64,000 bases of DNA from Alphaproteobacteria bacterium (GTDB lineage: Bacteria > Pseudomonadota > Alphaproteobacteria > Bin95). Under the pieces are notes generated by a model. The model made no database searches and was not told the DNA's origin. It saw only the letters and a program-made list of their open reading frames with translations. A program made the translations under genes and the position numbers. The stretch spans positions 1,056,001 through 1,120,000 of the forward strand of contig OZ219786.1 in assembly GCA_964291285.2 (NCBI GenBank), written 5' to 3'. Positions 26,000-35,753 of this stretch are shown here, piece after piece (position 1 is the stretch's first letter; each line of letters starts with the position of its first letter).

Positions 26000-27051
26000 A
26001 GGATCCGCTCGTCATTCTCTCAGGCGTGGTAAAGCGGTTCGGGACCTTCACGGCCGTGCATCGCCTGGACCTGGAAATTGCGGCGGGCGAGTTCATCGCG
26101 ATCATGGGCCCGTCGGGCTGCGGCAAGACGACGACGCTGCGGATGATCGCCGGACTGGAAGCGCCGACCGAAGGCGAGGTCCGCATCAGCGGGCGCTTGA
26201 TGAACGACGTGCCGGTCCACGAGCGCGACACGCCCATGGTCTGGCAGTCCCTAGCCCTGTTCCCTTTCCTGAATGCCCGGGAGAATGTCGAGTTCGGGCT
26301 GAGAATGCGCGGGATCGATGCCGGCGAACGGCGCAGGCGCGCCGTGGAATGGCTGGAGCGGCTCGAGATCGGGGAGTTCGCCGAGCGCAATGTCGACACG
26401 CTGTCCGGCGGCCAGCGCCAGCGCGTGGCGCTGGCGCGCTCACTGGTGACGGAGCCCCAGATCCTGTTGCTGGACGAACCGTTGTCGGCGCTGGACGCCC
26501 ATCTGGTCATCCGCATGCAGGGCGTGCTGACGCGCCTGCAGCGCGAGCTCGGCATCACCTTCGTCTATGTCACCCATTCGCAATCCGAGGCCTTCGCCAT
26601 GGCCAACCGGATCGTGATCATGTCGGAGGGCCGCGTCGTCCAGGTCGGCCAGCCGCGCGAGATTTACCGCACGCCCGAAAACCGCTTCGTGGCCGAATTC
26701 GTGGGCCGTAACAACATTCTGGCCGGTATCAGCAGAGGCGACGCGATTGAAACGCCGCTCGGCGCCTTCCCTGCTGCCGGCCTGCCCGCGGCAGGCAGCC
26801 CCGCCGCTCTTGTCGTGGCCGCCGACCTCGTCGAAATCGGCCGCACGCCGTCCGAAGGCGCGATTCCGTGCTCCCTGATCTCCGAGGAATTCGTCGGCGC
26901 GACAGTGACCCTGTTCCTCGAGGCGAAGGACGGGACCGAGCTCAAGGTCCAGTTGCCCGAACGCGCGCTGGGCGACCTGGACCCGCATGCCGGCGGCGAC
27001 TTCCATCTCAGCTGGCCGGCCGATGCCGGTCATGTCCTGCCCGAAAGCTGA
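25996..27051 (+). CDS. ABC transporter ATP-binding protein (PotA-like)
   Basis: GPSGCGKTT, LSGGQRQRVALAR, LLLDEPL, VTHSQ. Confidence 0.93.
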   Translation: MKDPLVILSGVVKRFGTFTAVHRLDLEIAAGEFIAIMGPSGCGKTTTLRMIAGLEAPTEGEVRISGRLMNDVPVHERDTPMVWQSLALFPFLNARENVEFGLRMRGIDAGERRRRAVEWLERLEIGEFAERNVDTLSGGQRQRVALARSLVTEPQILLLDEPLSALDAHLVIRMQGVLTRLQRELGITFVYVTHSQSEAFAMANRIVIMSEGRVVQVGQPREIYRTPENRFVAEFVGRNNILAGISRGDAIETPLGAFPAAGLPAAGSPAALVVAADLVEIGRTPSEGAIPCSLISEEFVGATVTLFLEAKDGTELKVQLPERALGDLDPHAGGDFHLSWPADAGHVLPES

Positions 27052-27063
27052 CCGGAGGCGCAG

Positions 27064-27945
27064 ATGATCCGGAACCCGATTCCCTGGCCGGACGGCGCAA
27101 GGTGCGCCGTCGCAATCACCTTCGACATGGACGCCGACAGCCTGATCCACATTGCGCGGCCGGAGGACGGGTTCGACCGGCTCTACCCGGTCTCGATGGG
27201 CCGCTACGGGCCGACGGTCGCAATTCCCCGCATCCTCGCGACCTACCGGCGTCTCGGGATCAGGCAGAGCTTCTTCATCCCCGGCTGGTGCCTGGAGACC
27301 TACCCGGACGCCGTCGAGGCGATCCTGAGCGACGGGCACGAGATCGGACATCATGGCTGGATCCACGAGGATCCGGTAGCGACGCGCGGCCCGTCCCAGG
27401 CGGAAGCTTTCGAGAAGGCACTGGACGCCCACCGCCGCATCTGCGGAGGCCCCCCGCGCGGCTACCGCGCGCCGGTTTACAACGTCACGCAGCAGGTCAT
27501 CGACCTGATGATCCGTCACGGGCTGCGCTACGACAGCTCCCTGATGGCCGACGACATTCCCTACCGGATTGCGACCCCGGAAGGCGCGCTCTGGGAGATG
27601 CCGGTCCACTGGGCCACCGACGACTGGCCGCCCTTCGCGCACTATGCCGAGATCGGCTACATGATGCAGGTGCGCGAGCCCTCCGCGGGATTGGCCGGCT
27701 TCTGGGAGGAATTCGAGGCGCAGTACGAGGCGGGCGGCTTCTTCATGCCGATCGTCCACCCGTTCCTGACCGGCCGGCTGGCCCGCTGGCGGCTGGTCGA
27801 GCGCTGGCTTGAGGAGACCATGGCGACCCGCAAGGTCTGGGTCGCCCGGCTCGAGGACATTGCCGATCATCTGGATGCCGTCTCCGCCAGGGGCCACGAC
27901 ATCCGTACCGAACGGCTTCCCTATTACGGAGGACCGCAGAGATGA
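27064..27945 (+). CDS. Polysaccharide deacetylase family protein (PuuE/HpPgdA-like)
   Basis: AITFDMD, GHEIGHHGWIHE, RGYRAP, YDSSLM, HPFLTGR. Confidence 0.85.
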   Translation: MIRNPIPWPDGARCAVAITFDMDADSLIHIARPEDGFDRLYPVSMGRYGPTVAIPRILATYRRLGIRQSFFIPGWCLETYPDAVEAILSDGHEIGHHGWIHEDPVATRGPSQAEAFEKALDAHRRICGGPPRGYRAPVYNVTQQVIDLMIRHGLRYDSSLMADDIPYRIATPEGALWEMPVHWATDDWPPFAHYAEIGYMMQVREPSAGLAGFWEEFEAQYEAGGFFMPIVHPFLTGRLARWRLVERWLEETMATRKVWVARLEDIADHLDAVSARGHDIRTERLPYYGGPQR

Positions 27946-28394
27946 GCCTGACCGAGACCGACCGCCGGATGCTGCGCATCGCCTATGAGGAAGCCCTGAC
28001 CGGGTTCGAGGAGGGCGGTTGCCCCATCGGTGCGGTTCTCGCGCGCGGCGATACGGTGGTCTCGCAGGGCCGGAACCGGCGCGTGCAGCAGGACGACCCC
28101 ATCGCGCATGGCGAGATGGACGCGCTGCGCAGGGCGGGCCGCCAGCGGACCTACCGCGACACGACCCTCTACACCTCGCTCTCCCCCTGCATGATGTGCT
28201 CGGGCACCATCGTCCAGTTCGGCATACCCCGCGTCGTCATCGCGGAGAATACGAACTTCGGCGGCAACGAGGCGTTCCTGCGCGAGCGCGGCGTCGAGGT
28301 GATCGTCGCCGACGACCCGGACTGCATCGCGCTCATGACCCGCTTCATCGAGGAACGGCCCGAACTCTGGGCCGAGGACATCGCCGAGGACTGA
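27942..28394 (+). CDS. Zinc-dependent nucleoside/cytosine deaminase (yeast Fcy1-like)
   Basis: PIGAVL, AHGEMDAL, LSPCMMCSG (HxE...PCxxC). Confidence 0.88.
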   Translation: MSLTETDRRMLRIAYEEALTGFEEGGCPIGAVLARGDTVVSQGRNRRVQQDDPIAHGEMDALRRAGRQRTYRDTTLYTSLSPCMMCSGTIVQFGIPRVVIAENTNFGGNEAFLRERGVEVIVADDPDCIALMTRFIEERPELWAEDIAED

Positions 28395-28422
28395 CCGCCG
28401 GCCGTTCGCCGGGCGGGCCCTG

Positions 28423-29175
28423 TCAGCAGGTATAGTTCAGCCCGAGCCGGCCGCCGTCGACATAGATCGTCTCGCCGGTGATGTAGCCCGCCTTTTCCGA
28501 GGCGAGGAAAGCGACGACATCGCCGATCTCGCGCGGCGAGCCCAGGCGCTTGAGCGGCGTGCGCGACATGGCTACCTGCATCGCCTCGGGATTGGCGTTC
28601 ACGCCCGCCATCATCTCCGTGTCGATGGAGCCGGGCCCGACGGCATTGACCCTGATGCCGTGCGGCGCAAGCGCGAGCGCAGCCGCCTTCGTGATCTGCA
28701 TCACACCGCCCTTCGAGGCGCAATAGGCCGGAATTGCCGGGATCGCGACCTGGGCGTTGATCGAGGACATGCTGACGATCGCGCCCCGGATGCCCTTCTC
28801 CACCATCGTCCTGGCCGCGCGCTGCGTGGCGGCGAAGACGCCGACGAGATTGACGCCGATCACGCGCTGGAAGTCGCCCAGATCGTAGGCGAGGAAATCG
28901 CCCGGAAGCGCGATGCCGGCATTGTTCACCAGCGTCGAGACCGGCCCGTAGTCGTTCTCGATCCTGTCGAACAGCGCGGCGATGGCAGCCGGGTCGCCCA
29001 TGTCGCAGATGAGGCCCGCTGCCCCGTCGCCAAGCCTTTCGGCGGCGTCCCGCACGCCATCCTCCTTTATGTCGGCAAGGATCGTGCGGTGGCCGTCTTC
29101 GGCAAGCGCTTCGGCGCATGCGTAGCCGATTCCCTGCGCGCCGCCCGTCACCAGGGCGATGGGTCTCTCAGGCAT
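28423..29175 (-). CDS. SDR oxidoreductase
   Basis: ATG 29175; TGGAQGIG, VNNAG, YCASK. Confidence 0.9.
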   Translation of the reverse strand: MPERPIALVTGGAQGIGYACAEALAEDGHRTILADIKEDGVRDAAERLGDGAAGLICDMGDPAAIAALFDRIENDYGPVSTLVNNAGIALPGDFLAYDLGDFQRVIGVNLVGVFAATQRAARTMVEKGIRGAIVSMSSINAQVAIPAIPAYCASKGGVMQITKAAALALAPHGIRVNAVGPGSIDTEMMAGVNANPEAMQVAMSRTPLKRLGSPREIGDVVAFLASEKAGYITGETIYVDGGRLGLNYTC

Positions 29176-29216
29176 GGCTTTCCTCTCAGGTCTTCCGGAA
29201 ATTAGCGTTCCCGCCG

Positions 29217-30164
29217 CTATGCGGTACCGGCCGGCAGCCGCGCCAGGCGCTCGGTCAGCAGCGCGAAGAAGCCGTCGGCGTCGATGCGTTCGAGCACGCG
29301 GGCATTGGCGGGCCTGCCGCTCCGCCCGCGCGCATCGCAGACCGTGCGCCCGAAGCAGGGGCCTTCGGCAATGTCGATATCGACGCGCATCTCCCGGCCT
29401 TCGAAAAGCTCCGGCTGCAGCAGGCAAGCGATCACGCAGGGGTCGTGCAGCGGCGCGCCGTGGTGGTAGGCCGCCATGTTCTTCGCGCCGTAGAGGTCGA
29501 GCATGCCGCAGACCGCCGCCGCCGGCGCCGTGCCGAGCGCGCGGACCGCCTCCAGCCTCGGCGGCGTCGCAATCGCCTGGTGGGTCACGTCGAGCCCGAT
29601 CATGGTGAGCGGCGCGCCCGCCTCGAACACGACATGCGCGGCGTGCGGATCGGCAAAGATGTTGAACTCGGCGGACGCGGTGACATTGCCGGTGCCGATG
29701 GCCCCGCCCATCGCCACGATCTCGCGCACATTCGCGAGCACCGCCGGGTTCTTGACGATGGCGAGCGCGATATTGGTCAGCGGCCCAAGCGTGGCGAGCG
29801 TGACGGGCTCCGGCGCCGAGAGGAGTGTCTCGACCAGGAAATCGACCGCGTGGGTTGCTTCGGCCGGGCGGCCCGGCTCCGGCAGGTCCGCGCCGTCGAT
29901 GCCCGTCGGCCCGTGGATGCGCTCGGCGGTGACCGGCTCGCGCACCAGGGGACGCGGGCAGCCGGCATAGACCGGTACCTCCGGTCGGCCGCCGAGGTCC
30001 CTGACCCGGCGCGCATTGCTCTCGGTCAGCGCCAGCGGGACATTGCCGGCAACGGCCGTGATGCCCAGAAGGTCGAACTCTTCCGGCGCGGCGAAGGCCA
30101 TCAGCAGGGCGACGGCGTCGTCCTGACCAGGGTCGCAATCGACGATCAGCGGTCGGGGTCTCAC
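29217..30164 (-). CDS. Nucleoside hydrolase (IUNH family)
   Basis: DCDPGQDDAVAL, LGPLTNIA, AEFNIFADP, LHDPC. Confidence 0.93.
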   Translation of the reverse strand: MRPRPLIVDCDPGQDDAVALLMAFAAPEEFDLLGITAVAGNVPLALTESNARRVRDLGGRPEVPVYAGCPRPLVREPVTAERIHGPTGIDGADLPEPGRPAEATHAVDFLVETLLSAPEPVTLATLGPLTNIALAIVKNPAVLANVREIVAMGGAIGTGNVTASAEFNIFADPHAAHVVFEAGAPLTMIGLDVTHQAIATPPRLEAVRALGTAPAAAVCGMLDLYGAKNMAAYHHGAPLHDPCVIACLLQPELFEGREMRVDIDIAEGPCFGRTVCDARGRSGRPANARVLERIDADGFFALLTERLARLPAGTA

Positions 30165-32131
30165 AGCGCCCGCCCTGCCCGATGCCCGTCCACGACCGCG
30201 ACCTCGATATCGCGGGGCTGGAAGCAGTCGCCGATGAGCCGCAGACCGTCCCTGTGCGCCGAAAGCTCCCTGTAGAGGCTAGTATCGGCCTTGCCGCCCG
30301 ACCCGAACACGACGCTGTCGAACCCCTCTATCGTCCGCGGCTCCCAGGTTACGACATTATACGCCTCGACGCTGGTTTCCCCGATTTCCCAGAGCGCCGT
30401 GTGGGTGGTCAGGGCCACGCCGGCCTTCATCAGCTTTTCCAGCAGGTGGTGGCGCGCCGGCGACGGCATGAAGGGCGCGATCGTCTCCAGCCCTGTCAGC
30501 AGTTCGACCCGGTGCCCGCGGCTCGCAAGGTAATCGGCGGTCGTGGCGGCCTCGGCCCGGCCGAGCGTATCGACCACGAGCACGGCTTCGCCCGGCGCGG
30601 CATGGCCCGACAGGACATTGCGGGCGGAGAAGACATGCGGCCGGTCCGTTCCCGCGACTTCCGGCAGCCAGGCGGTGGAGCCGGTCGCCAGCACGATCTC
30701 GTCGGGCCCGGCGGCCAGCACGGTTTCCGCCGCGGCCTCCGTTCCGAGACGGATATCGACGCCGAGCTTCCGCAATTGGCGCTCGAACCAGAGGATGATC
30801 TCCTCGAAATTACCCCGGTCGGGCGTCTTCAGGATCAGGCCGATCTGGCCGCCGAGCCTCCTGCCCCGCTCCATCAGGATGACCTCATGGCCCCGCTCGC
30901 CTGCCACGCGCGCGGCCTCCATGCCCGCCGGGCCCCCGCCGACGATGACGACGCGTTTCCTCGCCTTTGCCGGCCGGAGTTCGGCCCACTCCTTCTCCCG
31001 CCCCGTGACCGGGTTGTAGATGCAGCCGACGCCGAGCCCGAGATCGACATGCCCCACGCAGGACTGGGTGCAGGCGATGCAGGGCCGGATATCCGCGACC
31101 CGGCCCTGCCGGACCTTGTTCGGAAAATGGGGATCGGCGATCAGGGTCTTCGCCATGCCGGCAATGTCGGCCTTGCCCTCGGCGAGAAGGCGCTCGGCCA
31201 CCGCCGGCGAGTCCATCCGCCCCGTGCCGACCACGGGCCGCGTGACGACGGCCTTCACCGCCGCCGGCAGATAGGTGAAGGCACCCGGCCCGTAATAGTG
31301 GCTCGGCCAGTGCGCGCGGCCCTGCCTCGGGCTCGGCACGATCCCGTGCCAGATGTTGAAGTAATCGACCAGGCCTTCGCGGTCGAGGAGCCGCGAGAGA
31401 CCGACGAGGTCCTGCAGCCGCAGGCTGTAGTCCATGACATCATCATAGAGGCGGACGCCGAGCAGCCGGTCCGCCCCCAGCTCGGAGCGGACCGCCGTGA
31501 GCGCCTCGCGCAGGAACGTCATACGCTCCTCAATCGTCCCGCCGCCATATTTGTCCGTCCTCCGGTTTCCGTGCGGGTGGAGGAAATTGGCGAACAGGTA
31601 GTCCATGCCCACCGCCAGTTCGACGCCGTCGAAACCGCCCTGGCGCACGCGGCCCGCGGCTTTCGCGAAGCTCTCGACAATGGCCTCCGCCTCGGCGGTG
31701 GAGAGTTCGTGCGGCATGTAGACCGGCACCGAGAAATCGGGCGGCGGCACGGCCGAGGGCGCAGTGATCGGCCGGCCCAGAAAGGCGGAGACATCGGCCA
31801 CGCGGCGCCCGCGATGCCCGAGCTGGGCAAGGACCGGCACGTCGAACTCATGCACGGCGTCGGCAATCCGCCGATAGACCGGGACGATGCCGTCATGGAA
31901 ATTCGTGAAGGCCAGCGTCGTCTCGCCGTCATACACGGGCACGGTATGCCCGGTGACGATGATGCCGGCACCACCTTTCGCCCGCTCCCTGAGATAGTGG
32001 ACATAGGCTTCGGAAGGCGTGCCGTCCGCCGACTGGTGGTGTGCGGCGTGGCCGGTATTCATGATCCGGTTGCGGAGCGTGTAGCTGCCGACGGCGAGCG
32101 GGCTGAACAGGTTGGGAAAGGTCTCGGTCAT
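30161..32131 (-). CDS. NADH:flavin oxidoreductase (OYE/FadH-like) with C-terminal FAD domain
   Basis: LRNRI, RAKGGAG, NRRTDKYGG, CIACTQSC, VGGGPAGMEAA. Confidence 0.88.
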   Translation of the reverse strand: MTETFPNLFSPLAVGSYTLRNRIMNTGHAAHHQSADGTPSEAYVHYLRERAKGGAGIIVTGHTVPVYDGETTLAFTNFHDGIVPVYRRIADAVHEFDVPVLAQLGHRGRRVADVSAFLGRPITAPSAVPPPDFSVPVYMPHELSTAEAEAIVESFAKAAGRVRQGGFDGVELAVGMDYLFANFLHPHGNRRTDKYGGGTIEERMTFLREALTAVRSELGADRLLGVRLYDDVMDYSLRLQDLVGLSRLLDREGLVDYFNIWHGIVPSPRQGRAHWPSHYYGPGAFTYLPAAVKAVVTRPVVGTGRMDSPAVAERLLAEGKADIAGMAKTLIADPHFPNKVRQGRVADIRPCIACTQSCVGHVDLGLGVGCIYNPVTGREKEWAELRPAKARKRVVIVGGGPAGMEAARVAGERGHEVILMERGRRLGGQIGLILKTPDRGNFEEIILWFERQLRKLGVDIRLGTEAAAETVLAAGPDEIVLATGSTAWLPEVAGTDRPHVFSARNVLSGHAAPGEAVLVVDTLGRAEAATTADYLASRGHRVELLTGLETIAPFMPSPARHHLLEKLMKAGVALTTHTALWEIGETSVEAYNVVTWEPRTIEGFDSVVFGSGGKADTSLYRELSAHRDGLRLIGDCFQPRDIEVAVVDGHRAGRAL

Positions 32132-32250
32132 CCTGCCGCCCCCGGGGAGTAATGCGATCGCAGCCGCCCGTTCGGGACCTTACGCCTTGACGCCGGCGGC
32201 GAACAGGCGACTGTCATGGGCTCCGCCTTTCCGCTTCCGGGGACGGCCCC

Positions 32251-32922
32251 ATGAACGAGCCTTCCTTCATACCGCTGCCCGGCTACCGGGAGTATCCAGA
32301 GGACGAGATGATGAGGCGGGCGCGCGCCTTCCACGAGGAGTTGAAACGCCGCCGCACCGTGCGGGACTTCTCCAGCCGCCCCGTGTCGCGGGCCGTCATC
32401 GACGACTGCCTGCGGGCCGCAACGACCGCGCCGAGCGGCGCGAACCTGCAACCCTGGCATTTCACCGTGGTGGGCGACCCGGAAACGAAGCGGCGCATAC
32501 GGCTGGCCGCCGAGGAGGAGGAACGCGAGTTCTACCGCCACCGCGCGCCCAGGGAGTGGCTGGATGCGCTGGCTCCGCTCGGCACCGACGAGCACAAGCC
32601 GTTCCTGGAGCGCGCGCCCTGGCTGATCGCGGTCTTCTCCCAGAGGTACGGCCGGCTGGCCGACGGCCACCGCGTCAAGCACTACTACCCGATGGAGTCG
32701 GTCGGGATCGCAACGGGCATGCTGATCGCGGCCCTGCACATGGCGGGGCTGGCGACGCTGATCCACACGCCCAGCCCGATGAAGTTCCTGAACGAGATAC
32801 TCGGCCGCCCGAAAGCCGCCGAACGCCCCTTCCTGCTGCTGGTCGCCGGCTACCCGGACGAGAACGCGACGGTGCCGGACATCGGCCGCAAGCCGCTCAC
32901 GGAGGTCGTGACTTACGTTTGA
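32251..32922 (+). CDS. Nitroreductase family, iodotyrosine deiodinase-like
   Basis: [52 protein letters not shown]. Confidence 0.82.
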   Translation: MNEPSFIPLPGYREYPEDEMMRRARAFHEELKRRRTVRDFSSRPVSRAVIDDCLRAATTAPSGANLQPWHFTVVGDPETKRRIRLAAEEEEREFYRHRAPREWLDALAPLGTDEHKPFLERAPWLIAVFSQRYGRLADGHRVKHYYPMESVGIATGMLIAALHMAGLATLIHTPSPMKFLNEILGRPKAAERPFLLLVAGYPDENATVPDIGRKPLTEVVTYV

Positions 32923-33005
32923 GCGCGGGACGATCCGGGCCCGCAATCGTCGCCCCGGATCTCCGCCCCGCTCCGGCCGGGGCTGTCGGGCCGGGTATGG
33001 GGCGG

Positions 33006-34016
33006 TCAGTCGTATATACGGTAAACCACCTTGCCTTTGCGCTCTTCGCCGGTATTGACGGGCTTTAGCCCGCGGGCCTTTGGCGCCTTGTAGATCGCCT
33101 GTTGCGCCGTGCTCTGCTTGCCGTTGCCGAACTCGGCCTCGAACAGGGCCACAAGCTCGGTAACGGTAACGCCTTCCGGGCGGCGCATGGCGTCAATGGT
33201 CGTGTCAACGCGGCTGCGGGCCTGGCGGCGCGGCTGTGCTTTGTCGGAGCCAGCACCAACCGAGGGTTTAGCTGGCGTCTGCGCCTGCTTGCCCGCTGCC
33301 ATTTGCGCTGCCCGCACAGCAGATGGTCCGCCTTCTTTACCGATGCTTGCGAGCTTGTCTTGCAGAAAGCGAGCAATCGTTTCCCGGTCGGGTGGGTAGC
33401 ACGATATCTCCTTTACCGTGTCGGAAAGTTCTTCACGCAACAGGCTATCCGGATCACCGAGCACTCTCTCCCACGCATCTTGCAAGGCAGCCCTCACGCG
33501 CCGGTCGCGCTCCTGACTCTCGAATTCCCGCTTAGCTTCTTCCTGCGCCTCGCCGCTGACCACGCTACTACGGTTAAGGAAGCGATAAAGCGCTATGGCC
33601 GTATCAGAAGGCTGTTGCTCACGGAAATTCACGCGGAAGAAACGCCGCTGTTCCCAGCTTACCTCGGCCATCGGCAAATACAGCCACCAGATGAGGCCAT
33701 CCGTGAGCACCGCCAGCGGCACGCTCTCGCTGAAGGCATAACGCAGCAATTGTTCCTGATGCTCGGCAAGGTCCGCACCCGCGCGCTTCACCTCAACAAG
33801 AACGAAATCGCGAGCCTGCACCCGCAAGCAATAATCCACACGCCCGCCCCGGACCGAGTATTCGCGGGCGACCTCGTCGCGGTCGAGCGTGTCCCAGCCC
33901 AATTCCCCGATTACGGTATTCACCGCGATCTCGCGCGTGTCCTGCTCGCTGCTCTGGGAAAAGTCGATCCCGACCAATCGGGCGATCAGGGCCTCAAGTT
34001 TCGACAGGTCAGGCAT
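33006..34016 (-). CDS. HsdR N-terminal-like PD-(D/E)xK nuclease domain fused to a C-terminal winged-helix (DUF3489-like)
   Basis: ATG 34016; SEQDTR, EYSVRGGRVDY, VEVKR, QLLRYAF, VLTDG; C-terminal MRRPEGVTVTEL...KGKVVYRI. Confidence 0.75.
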   Translation of the reverse strand: MPDLSKLEALIARLVGIDFSQSSEQDTREIAVNTVIGELGWDTLDRDEVAREYSVRGGRVDYCLRVQARDFVLVEVKRAGADLAEHQEQLLRYAFSESVPLAVLTDGLIWWLYLPMAEVSWEQRRFFRVNFREQQPSDTAIALYRFLNRSSVVSGEAQEEAKREFESQERDRRVRAALQDAWERVLGDPDSLLREELSDTVKEISCYPPDRETIARFLQDKLASIGKEGGPSAVRAAQMAAGKQAQTPAKPSVGAGSDKAQPRRQARSRVDTTIDAMRRPEGVTVTELVALFEAEFGNGKQSTAQQAIYKAPKARGLKPVNTGEERKGKVVYRIYD

Positions 34017-34026
34017 CGCTCGCAGC

Positions 34027-34458
34027 CTACACCACCTGCGCGAAAGGCAGCACCAAGCCATCCTGCACTTCGCGGAAGACAATCTCCACCGGCAGGTCGA
34101 GCCGGAGCGCGGCGGCCTCCGCGCCCAGCATCTGGCATTGCAGGCGCACGCCTTCCTCCAGTTCGACGGTCGCCATGACATAGGGGGTTTCGTCGCGGAG
34201 GGCGGGCACGAAGGGGTGGTGGACCTCCGTCCAGCTATGGAGCCGGCCCCGGCGGGCGGACTCGATCCAGCGGACCTCCAAGGAGTGGCAGGCGGCGCAC
34301 ATCGGGCGGGGATAGTGGCGGACCAGGCCGCAATTGCCGCATTGCTGGAGCAGCAGGCGGCGTTCCTTCAGCCCGTCCCAGTAGGGCTTCGAGTCGATGG
34401 TGGGCTCCGGGACCGGGCGGGAGATCATTGTTTCGCCCGTCGGCGGGCGGGCGCTCAC
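34027..34458 (-). CDS. DUF35 Zn-ribbon/OB-fold protein
   Basis: LLLQQCGNCG, PRPMCAAC, PYVMATVELEEGVR. Confidence 0.9.
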   Translation of the reverse strand: MSARPPTGETMISRPVPEPTIDSKPYWDGLKERRLLLQQCGNCGLVRHYPRPMCAACHSLEVRWIESARRGRLHSWTEVHHPFVPALRDETPYVMATVELEEGVRLQCQMLGAEAAALRLDLPVEIVFREVQDGLVLPFAQVV

Positions 34459-35612
34459 GCCGCCGCTCCCATGATCGCGAGCGAACCGTCGCCGAGATCG
34501 CCGTAGCCGGTGACGAGGCCGATTCCGGCGTCCGCCACCTGCGTGCGGCCGGCCTCGCCGCGCATCTGCTTCACCAGTTCGCAGACATGGTTCATGCCGA
34601 CGATATGCGCCTGGCTGAGCAGGCCGCCATGCGTGTTGACGGGCAGTTCGCCGCCGAGCCCGATGCGCCCGCCCTCGACGAAGGCCCCGCCCTCGCCCTT
34701 GGCACAGAAGCCCAGGTCCTCCAGCTGGCAGATCACCGTCCAGGTGAAGCAGTCATAGACCTCTGCGACATCGACATCCTCGGGACGCACGCCCGCCATG
34801 CCGAAGGCGCGCGGCGCGGCCTTGGCGAGGCCGAGCCGGGTTATGTCCGGGCGCTGGGTGATGACGCTCGGCGAGTCCGGGTGGCCCTCGGCGACGCCCA
34901 GGATCGGCACCGGCCGGCGGGTGTCGGCCGCGCGCTCGGCGCTGGAGACCACCACCGCCGCGCCGCCGTCGCTCTCCAGGCAGCAGTCGAACAGGCGGTA
35001 GGGGTCGCAGATCATCCTGGACGCGTGATGGTCCTCGACCGTCATCGGCTTCTGCATGATGGCGTTGTCGTTCAGCATGGCGTGGCGGCGCATGGTGACC
35101 GCGACCTCGGCGAACTGGTCGGCCGTCGTGCCGTAAAGCTCCATGTGGCGGCGCGCCATCGGAGCGTAGAGCTGCGCCGGGGCGATGGTCCCGGACGGCG
35201 TCTCGAACTCGGAGACGACGTGGAATTGCGGCATGGCGGCCACCCTGGACGCGACGCGCGAGTCCGAATAGCCGCGCCGCCCGATGGGCAGCAGCACGTT
35301 TCGGCAAAGGCCCGTCGCCACGGCAACCGCGGCGGCCTGTATCGCGGCCACGCAACTGGCCCCGCCCATCGGCGTGGTGGCCGAGAAGGTCACGTCCTCC
35401 AGGCCGAAATTGGTGATGAAGTCCTCGGCGACGGCCGCACCCGAGGCATAGGGCAGGAGGCCGTCGATATCCTTCGGCTCCAGGCCCGCATCCTCTATCG
35501 CCCGCAGCGACGCCTCCAACTGCAGCGCCAGCGCGCTCCTGTCCGACCCGCGCTCATATGCCGTCTCGCCGACCCCGACGACCGCCGCCCTGCCGTTCAA
35601 GGATGCCGCCAT
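34455..35612 (-). CDS. Thiolase-like protein (SCP2/Ltp2 type)
   Basis: ATG 35612; AAVVGVGET, DCCLESDGGAAVVV, EVYDCFT, PVNTHGGLLSQAH. Confidence 0.88.
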   Translation of the reverse strand: MAASLNGRAAVVGVGETAYERGSDRSALALQLEASLRAIEDAGLEPKDIDGLLPYASGAAVAEDFITNFGLEDVTFSATTPMGGASCVAAIQAAAVAVATGLCRNVLLPIGRRGYSDSRVASRVAAMPQFHVVSEFETPSGTIAPAQLYAPMARRHMELYGTTADQFAEVAVTMRRHAMLNDNAIMQKPMTVEDHHASRMICDPYRLFDCCLESDGGAAVVVSSAERAADTRRPVPILGVAEGHPDSPSVITQRPDITRLGLAKAAPRAFGMAGVRPEDVDVAEVYDCFTWTVICQLEDLGFCAKGEGGAFVEGGRIGLGGELPVNTHGGLLSQAHIVGMNHVCELVKQMRGEAGRTQVADAGIGLVTGYGDLGDGSLAIMGAAA

Positions 35613-35753
35613 GGCCTTCCCTCCCCCGCTTTGTCCGTTCGCCGCGATGCTATCCCCGCCGCCTCGCCCGCGCCATAGCGGGGCGGCTCGCACCGGGGCG
35701 GCGATGGCCGTATCCTGTGCGCAAGCTCGCCTCCCGCAGGAGACCCCCTTCCC

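Noticed and set aside
32946-32959. ATCGTCGCCCCGGA shared with 13190-13203 (possible REP)
   Set aside because: Only 14 GC-rich nt in two copies with different surrounding structure; insufficient evidence
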